Assembly: GCA_028023455.1 (NCBI GenBank)
Contig: JAQFVV010000004.1
Location: forward strand, 5,394,001 to 5,458,000
Direction: 5' to 3'
DNA: 64,000 nt
DNA from: Epiperipatus broadwayi
Lineage: Eukaryota > Animalia > Onychophora
The translations under genes were made by a program, and so were the position numbers. The notes under the pieces are model-generated. The model had not been told where the DNA came from. It was given only the letters and a program-made list of their open reading frames with translations, and ran no database searches. Positions within the stretch are counted from its first letter, which is position 1; every line of letters starts with the position of its first letter. This document shows, one piece after another, positions 55,450 through 64,000 of the stretch.

Positions 55450-57553
55450 TAGTGAAAATAAAAATAATCAAACAGTAGAAAATTCCAAAATTAGTGGACT
55501 GATGAATATGGAATGATTAACCAAGGCATTTTTATATTCTAAAAGAGTCGTATTGAGAATGTCATTGGTAAAATGGCATTATGAAATCAATTGTAAATCG
55601 CTCCATGAAAAAAGTAAAGATGAACAAAATGATATATTGCTGGAGCACTATAAATATTCAATCAACATCTTTAATGAAATGTATCAAAAATTGTTCAGAT
55701 GTAACTAGCTGTTAGTTTTTTTGTCTCACGTGTAATTGCCAAACATGGAAAATCTTTTAATAATGGGGAATTTATTAAAAAAGCATCGATGAAATGAGCA
55801 CCAGTTCCTGTTGAAGATTTTGAAAACAAAGAAAAATTATTCAGAGAATAAAAGATTTAACATTGTCTAGAAATACAGTTAAAGAAAGAATCCTACAAAT
55901 GGCCATCAACATAACTTATCAACAAAAAAGATATATAAAATCTTTTAGTTTAATTTATTTCTGTCTTGATGAAAGTACGGACATAAATGGATCAGCTCGT
56001 TTGGCTTATTCACTATCGTGTTGGGAATAATATCAAGGAAAAATATTTGCAAACAAAATTTTAAATGTACTCAGCTGAAGAAGAAATAGATGTTGATAAA
56101 AATGTATCAATAATTACAGATGATGCTCGATGTATGACTGGAAAAGAAAATGATTTTCTCAGTTTATTTACCACCATATCTGACATTCAATTTTGGTTTT
56201 TATTAGGTTATATATGAGCAGGTTTTATTTGCCAATGCTAACTTTAAACCACTGAATGATATTATGACTAAATAAGTCAATTTTATATCTGCACAGCTGT
56301 AAATAAATTAAAATTTCTAAACTTATTGAGTGAGGGAAGTTTGTATACAATGGTTTATTTATATATGATAATATCCAGTGCTTAAGTCATGGAAAAGTTC
56401 TTCAAAGATTCCTTGAGGGTTAAATGAAAATAGACTTTTTTTTATGTAACTGAGAAAATCATTGAAAAATGTGAATTAATAGATGTTGAATTTTTTTCGA
56501 AATTAATGTTTTTTTATTGATATGTGTTCATATTTAAATAAATTAAATGTGAAACTGCAAGGTTTAAGTCAGTTGTTGTCATATTTGATTTGATCAAAAC
56601 ATTTGAGGCTAAATTATAGATTTTCATCTGTGATGTTCAAATATTTTCCCAATATAAAAAAAATTCTTGACTGATTTAGAATCTCATGAGAAGTCAGATC
56701 AAGTAAAATTGAGATAAGAATTTTGTGCTGTTACTCAATCATTAATTGACTTTTTTTTTTTAATGATTTATACAGTTTATTCAATTTTCAGAAACATAAC
56801 AATTTATTTTACATTCAGATCTGATATCAGTGGATAGTCTCAATTTAGAAATTTTTGAATGGCTTAATTTGGAAGATATGGAAAAACAATTAATCAATTT
56901 TCAATCCAGTTGTATACGGAATCGAAAATTTGTTGAATTGGGAAATGTGTTAGAAACAATTGAAAATGATTGATTATTAGGTATATTTAAAAAGAATGAT
57001 GAAGAGGAACTACTGATAGCCTGGAATGCTATTCCTGAAACATTTAATTTTAAAAAAAATTGTGGCCGCTGTATTATCAATTTTCTCTTCTACATCTGCA
57101 TGTGAGTCATTGTTTTCTGAAATGAATTTAATTAAAGTTTAAGAAAATGAAGACAGATTAATCTAGTTTGGCAGCATGTAGATTATTAAAAGTGACAAAA
57201 TATGAACAGATATAAAACATTTGGTATCCAATGTACAACAGCAAAAATCTCGTTAAATAATATCAATTTATGTTGATTTTATATGCTTATTTTCAAAATT
57301 TTGTTTTAATTACTATTAATTTTTTACTATTAAATTTTATTCAATTTGTGTTCTTCTAAATAAATATCATTCATTTTTGTTTAGCTTATTTAGAAAATTT
57401 GTTTAATTATTATTAAGAATTTTGCAAAACTTGAAATTGTGAAATAAATGAATTATTGTTATTATTATTTTGTGTTATAAACTATTAAAAATTTACATTA
57501 TTTTGATTTAATAACTGTTATGCATGCACACATAAAAAAGTTTGCCATTACTG
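55450..57553 (+). pseudogene. Decayed hAT transposase, GTF2IRD2/EPM2AIP1/SPIN-like
   Basis: Fragments WTDEYGMI, FCLDESTDINGSARLA, VSIITDDARCMTGKEN, SSTSACESLFSEMNLIK and HLVSNVQQQKS. A TIR-like right end aaagtttgccattactg ends at 57553. Confidence 0.85.
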
Positions 57554-58699
57554 TTCTAGATTATTTTAACTTTCATTGTTATTATTAATGTTGTATTATT
57601 GCATAAACGTTCTGCACATTTTACTATGAAATAAAGCTAATAAAATTATAATAATTAAAACCTAACACTCTTGTATGTAATGATTTTTTTTTTTTAAAGT
57701 ATAAAACTTTCACAAAGAATTTGAATAATATTGGTCAATTGAATTGTCAGACTCAATTCAAAAGTTATCTGCTAAATTGTACATCTTTGTCAAATCCATT
57801 TTGCCAAATAATTTATATAATAGATAATATCTTCTCATTTTTCCAGAAACTAAAATAGGCAAGAATTTCTAATGTAAAATATATTTTTTACTATTAATAA
57901 TTAAAATTAGATAAAAATTAAAATGTTTATACTATTGTAAGCATATTCTTACATTACCTGAGCAGTAAGTATATAAAATTAGTTTAAAGTAGCACTCACT
58001 AATTAGATGTTTGTGATATTTTACTATTTTATTAATTATCATAAAGATCTAACTATTGAATCTGTTTTATAGATTATTTTTAATTTAAATGTGGCGGGGA
58101 TTCATAAGAATTTATGACAATATATTAATTTATAATGTATATTCGTAATATTTAGAAGTGTTTAATCTGGTTAATCCGTAATATTCTGAAGTGTTTAATC
58201 TGGAAATATACAATATCGAATTCAAATAGAGATAGTAGTATTATTGTATAGGATTGCATTAGTTAATAGCTAGGTAAGAATTTATTTATAATTGTTGCTT
58301 TAAAAAATGTATTTATCAAAAAAAATTAAATGTATTGCTTCCTAATCTTATGATGAATGATGCTTTTTTAGGAATTATACATTATTAATTAAAATTAAAT
58401 GATAATTTATTAATTAATATTGCTTAAAAAAGATTATTATTAGATAAGAAATAAATTTTTAGTTATTGCTTAGATTTTTTTGTAAAGAATGTTGCTTCTT
58501 CATTATTTTTGTAAACACTTCAAAACAAACTATTCATGTTCCATTCTTTACCAGTGCTTTTTTTTTTTACATTAGATAAAAGTTTATTAATTCTTGCTCA
58601 TTGGTAATTATATATTTCTCCAACTTTTGAGTAAATTTCAAACATCTTAATTAACTTACCAATAATGATTTTTTTTTTTTTGTTTGGTTGTTTGTTTGA

Positions 58700-60500
58700 G
58701 AACAGCAGCCCGCTGGATCTTGTCAGGGGTAGCCACAAAAATAAACTTCAAATGTATTCAGGTATATTTTTTAAATTTTAATGTAAAAATTTGCCCATTA
58801 TACTGTGTAGCACAACTTAATAACCATTCTGTTTATTTTACAATTAATATTCGTCAGCACTATAAACACTAGGGAAAATACCCTTATTTACACAATTTAT
58901 TAGTTTCAACTCTGTAATAATTCTTCATTAAAAGTTTAATTCTAATGTATAAATAGCTAATAAAACAATATATTTATAGAAGTTAGTCAGTCAAATGCAG
59001 TGAAGACACCAAAGAATCTGAATTATAAGCAACAATGACTTGTATTTTATCAGAACCAGAAAAACTGTTCACATCATTTTCAACACCAGATGACAAGAGG
59101 CAGAAAATGTCATATAAAAAAAAAATGTAAATATAATTCTTTTTACTTGAAATACAAATATGTGTTTTCATATAATGTCCATACAAGCCTCTATGTATAA
59201 TCTGGAAACAAATGATTGTATGAGACCTGGAAAAATTAATCACCATTTAGATAGTGTGTATATATAGTGAATTTAAGAATAAGACAATTGAATTTTGTGA
59301 AAGCCCAAAGAATTAAAACCACAAACGAATTTTTTTTCAAAACATACAAAATTATATAACAAATTAGTAAAAGCTTTTTTCAAAGATCTCCTCTTACTAG
59401 CAACAATAAAAATTTGTAAAACTATCCACGGTTCTGAAGTATCAAACTCTTTTTTAAAAATATCTGTATCCGATGACACAAAAGAATAGATAGCTGACAA
59501 TATCATGTCTACATTACTATCAAGAATCAAGCAATAGACTGTATTTGCTACACAACTTGATCAATTGATAGTACAAATTATATTAATTTAATGGCTTCTT
59601 TATCAGAACCTTATATAATTTGCAAATTCGTGACCTGCTATTTTGTAGAAATATCTCTGGTGCAATTAAAGGAAAAGATATATTTGGAAAAATGAATAAC
59701 TTTTTTTTTACAGAAAATGAGCTTGAATGGCAAAAGTGCATTAGAGTTTGCCCTGATGGAGCTGTACGATTTATAGAATTAAAAAGAGTTTGTCTAAATG
59801 TGAGTCATGTTTGTATTAGAGAAAATCTAGTGTATTTTGACATACAGAAGAACTGCTTAGTAAAATGTTGTCAGAAGTTTCCACAATAGTTAATTGTATA
59901 AAAACTAATGCCACTAATATATGACTCTTTTGAGTTTTGCACCAAGAAATGGACTCCAATTATTTCTTCACAGTAAAAATCCCACACTAGCATTTCCTTT
60001 TTCTGATCAAAATTGGATATATTTGTTTTCTTCCCTGATAGATTTTTTTTAAAAAAAATAAATGAATCAGATCTTTCTTTACAAGGAAATGTAAATATGT
60101 TAACTTTAAACACAAAAACGCAAGCATTTCAAAACAAACTCTGCATGATTAAAAAGTTTTAAGGAAAAAAGCATAGAAATGTTTGCTTTTCTCTGTGAAT
60201 TTCTTAAAGAAAATATTTTATTATCAAAAAAAAGGTGAAACAATAATAATTAACTCTGTCACAAATTTGATGATTTTTTTATATATATCTTTCCCAATGT
60301 AAATGAAAATAAATAATACGACTGGATAAGGATACAATTTACTCCATCCCTATAATTTAGCAATTTTCTGTTATCATTTCAACAAGAACTAATTAACTTG
60401 AGAGCAGACTCAACTCTTGAATCAGAACTTTGTAGTAAGGATTTTCAGAACTTTTATCCAGCAAGAAAAAAATATATCCTTCAATGGTAAGCCCAACTTT
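58700..60500 (+). pseudogene. Decayed hAT transposase, Buster (FAM200/ZBED5-like) type
   Basis: Fragments MRPGKINHHL, DLLFCRNISGAIKGKDIFGKMNNFF.ENELEWQKCIRVCPDGA, HVCIRENL and QELINLRADSTL. Many disruptions. Confidence 0.85.
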
Positions 60501-61249
60501 AAATATTCTGATTCCGTTAACATCCATATGTTTTTATGAAACTTGCATTTTCATCACTATTACTAATTAAAAATAAGCATAATTTGCTTATCAATGGAAA
60601 TATTGGGGAAAAATTTAAGAATTGCTGTGTCACATATTTCACCCTATATTGATTTTTTGTGTAGTAATATTTAAACACATCCATCACATTAAATTGTTAT
60701 CAAAACTCTCATTTATTATATTATTCAATTTTTGTTCTAATTATTATTAATGAATTTTGTGTTTCATTTTTATGATTTTTGTAATATTTGTAATTCTTGA
60801 AGCATTTTATAATAAAAATATAAATAAGAAAATTATTTAAATAAATTAAATACAATACAATTGTATAATAATAGCTATGCAACTATTAAGAATTTTTTCT
60901 TTCAGGGACTACAAATGATAGTTGATAAACTAATATAATATAATTTCATTCATTTCCAACTTCAATTTTTTTGTGAATTATCTTTAAAAAAAGTGCTTAT
61001 GTTTACTACCATTGTTGCTAACTTCCACCTTTGTTATAAATTATGAATTCTGTTAACATTACAATTAAAATTAGCCAAGAATGCAATATTGAATTGAGAT
61101 TTTATCTATGCATGTGTTGAATGTGTGTTGCAATTATGAAAATATTTAATGTATTATGCTTTTATTTTAATGTTCACACTTTGCATAAATTATAATTTTT
61201 GTATTTATCTTTTGCATATTATGTTGGGTGATGTTAAAATGCTCTAATG

Positions 61250-61587
61250 CAGGGGTCCCCAACCTGTTTGCACTTAAGAGCACATTCTTTAATACCGGCC
61301 AGGTGGCGGGCACCATTTATTTTTTTTCAATGTAAATTTATAGTTGGAATATTTATTTCAAAAATAAAATTTTAACACATAATTAATGTTTATATTTTTA
61401 CGCTGTAAAAGTATAGTATGCCCTACAATTTGATTACAATATAATACAATAATTTATAAGAAATTTTACAAATTAAATTTATTTGTATCAGATAAATAAT
61501 TTTTTAGCATGTTCGGATAGCGGCTGGCACACGTAAAATAGTCTGCGGGCATCATGGTGCCCGCGGGCATAGGGTTGGGGACTCCTG
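61250..61587. mobile_element. hAT (Buster-type) MITE, 338 bp
   Basis: TIRs CAGGGGTCCCCAACC / GGTTGGGGACTCCTG. Perfect 8-bp TSD CTCTAATG (61242-61249 and 61588-61595) with central TA. CpGs retained. Confidence 0.92.
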
Positions 61588-62640
61588 CTCTAATGGTAGA
61601 AGTTGCTGAAATAGTGAGTTTGGGCTAATATTTTATCTGTACTTTTAAAACATTTCTAAATAACATCTATTTGTGTTAAAATCAGAATAAATAGTTTTCT
61701 TATTGTAAAAAGTTGTATTATGACTAAATTTTAAATATAATTGATTATAGAATCCAGACTTTTCTTATGATCCATTTTTATATATTTATCAAACAGGTAT
61801 TTTTTTATCTCAAATTTTAAAAAATTGTAGTAATAGTTTTTTTTTTTTTTTTGGGGGGGGGGGCTCATCTTTTTGTTTATTTTTGGTTTATTAACTATTA
61901 CTGAATACTAAATATCAATAATAACAATGGTTTAACCAAATATAATCTTAGATTAACCTGCTTCAACTTTATATTATGTATCCTCTTTTTTTTTATTTAG
62001 GGGAAAAAAAATTTTTACAATCTCAATTCTAAATTACAAGTTTTCTTACAATCTAGAAGCCATACTGCATCTATTATTATATTAGTAAATATATAATCAA
62101 AGTCAATGATAAGTTTATTTGTATTGAATATCTTTCAAACCATATAATTTATGATAGTGTGTCGAGAAGTGGGTTGGGCAGAAACAATATACCTAACACT
62201 TTTACTAACATTTTAATTAAGTCATTGTTTAGATGCTGTAATTTAATTGCAACTCAGATTCATCTTACTTCTTAAATTTCTAGGTTGAATGGATGTTCAA
62301 ATATTCATCAAAATAAAATCTCTTGCTTTGTTAGATTCCATTACAATTCATTATTTGGTATATCTTTGTACAAGCTTTATTATTTTACTTTTTTTTTTTT
62401 TTTTAATGTTATTAGTTTGTTGATGCATATATTAAACTGCTTCGTTGTATATATATTTTCATGATCATTTTCAAATTAATATTATTATTCTCTATCTATA
62501 TGAATACATACTCTTTTTTAATTGATCTATTGTTTTGTTTTTATAATCCATTATTATTATTATTTTGTAATGTTAATAAATTGTAGATGTTTTATGAATA
62601 AGTGTAGCACTATACTAGATTACAGTTTTTCCAATTTCAG

Positions 62641-62783
62641 AAAACAATTTGTGCAGTGGAGATCATGTCTCTTGGCACTGCCCTCTTGATAATAGTGAAT
62701 CTCGTATACAACATATGTTAATGATAGATGATCCTCAGATGCCAATGGTAACCACTCCATTTGGAAGCGTTTCTTTTGTACAG
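62641..62783 (+). CDS. Sufu: Suppressor of fused, internal coding exon (equivalent to vertebrate exon 4)
   Basis: ttttccaatttcag | 143 nt | gtaaga. The phase 1 to phase 0 frame is (E)NNLCSGDHVSWHCPLDNSESRIQHMLMIDDPQMPMVTTPFGSVSFVQ, matching as I recall it human SUFU ENTFCSGDHVSWHSPLDNSESRIQHMLLTEDPQMQPVQTPFGVVTFLQ. Confidence 0.95.
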
Positions 62784-64000
62784 GTAAGAAGTTACTGTTA
62801 ACAAAATAATTTTGCTTTAAACTGATATTTTTATTCATTAATATATATAATTTTTTTTAGTAGATTTCTATTATTGATGCATACATATATATATAGTAAT
62901 GGACAGAGAATAGATGGGTGGATGCAGAAGTAGGCTACAATAAATAATAACTAACTATGAAATAGTTACACTTTGGTTAGTCAGATGTAACAGATATTGT
63001 TTGCGTAAATTATATTTATATAATTATTAAACTCTGCACATTCCAAATTTAATACGGATTAAAGTTGATTACTGCTTATGTTAATGATCCATGAAACTGT
63101 CGCCCTCTAGGTTGTATTTGTCATTTCTTGTTCAACAAATTTATTTAAATTTTTTTTCTAATAATATATATATATTTAATTACAATGCATGATTCTTTTG
63201 CATTTGGCTTTCAATGTTACTGATAATGATCAAATTAAGTACTATGTATTGTTAATTGTTAAAAAGTTATTTCAGGCATATCATATCACCTTAAAATTTC
63301 TGGAAATAAGATATAATCTGTTAAAGGTAGTTTTTATTTTGTATTAACTCAATATGTAGGCTATAATAATGAGTGCCACTTTCTGATAAAGAAATAACCT
63401 CAAACCTTAATTCAAACCCTTACTTTTTTATACTAATTTTTCCAATAAAGTTCACAGTTTTAGCTTGCAGAAAGCATACATACTGAGAGCAATGCTGCAA
63501 GAACTACCTAGTCTTAATTAAACATGTGGAAAAAAAAATTTGCATATGTGAGAATGAGAATAATCTAAGTCGTTGGTAGCAAACTTTTTTTAAGAGCATG
63601 TGTCAAAAAAATTTTAATAAAGAAAAAATTAATAGAAAATTAATTATTAGAGTTTTACTGAAATAATTTTTAAATTAGACTAGAATTTTACAAAGATCAA
63701 TTGTCACAAACATAAATTTTTGAAAAAGATTTCACATACTTAAATAAAGGGAAAAAATGATAATATAACTCTGACAAGCGTTTTTGAACAACTGAAGGTT
63801 CCACGGATAGCATTCCAAGTTTGTAATATTTCCTCTTCAACATTTTTTTTTACTGCAGTTTGATGATTATTGACTGACATAGAAAACTCTTGTGCCAATT
63901 TATCTTGATTTGATTTCTCATGGGATTCTTTATCCACATATTTATTTATTTTTACTAATTTGGAAAATAAATGGCTGTTTTATTAATACCTTGCTGTTTA

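Noticed and set aside
63100-63115. CTCF-like motif (reverse complement ACCTAGAGGGCGAC) near the Sufu exon
   Set aside because: Single imperfect match with no supporting context.

Overview
Very AT-rich (roughly a quarter G+C by eye), apparently CpG-depleted animal genomic DNA, made up almost entirely of intron-like sequence and transposon debris. The only host coding sequence I can identify with confidence is one 143-nt internal exon of Suppressor of fused (Sufu) at 62641-62783 (+). It has the length and phases of vertebrate exon 4. I found no earlier Sufu exon in the preceding 62 kb. Mobile-element fossils include three Buster-type hAT transposases, a Buster MITE with an 8-bp TSD, a Merlin element with TIRs and an 8-bp TSD, an RTE LINE, a Ty3/Gypsy fragment, an L1/Tx1-like ORF2 split by an ~800-bp GATA/GACA microsatellite, and several foldback elements. 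The most notable content is 15 copies of type I hammerhead ribozyme (HHR) motifs. They belong to two unrelated non-coding repeat families (A: 7 copies, B: 8 copies) arranged as tandem and inverted 0.3-0.65 kb monomers, resembling retrozymes or non-autonomous Penelope-like elements. Family B shows helix covariation and family A has a non-canonical A.A at the base of stem II. Core lesions cluster on the C3-G8 pair. All calls were made by eye; no alignments, folds or database searches were run.
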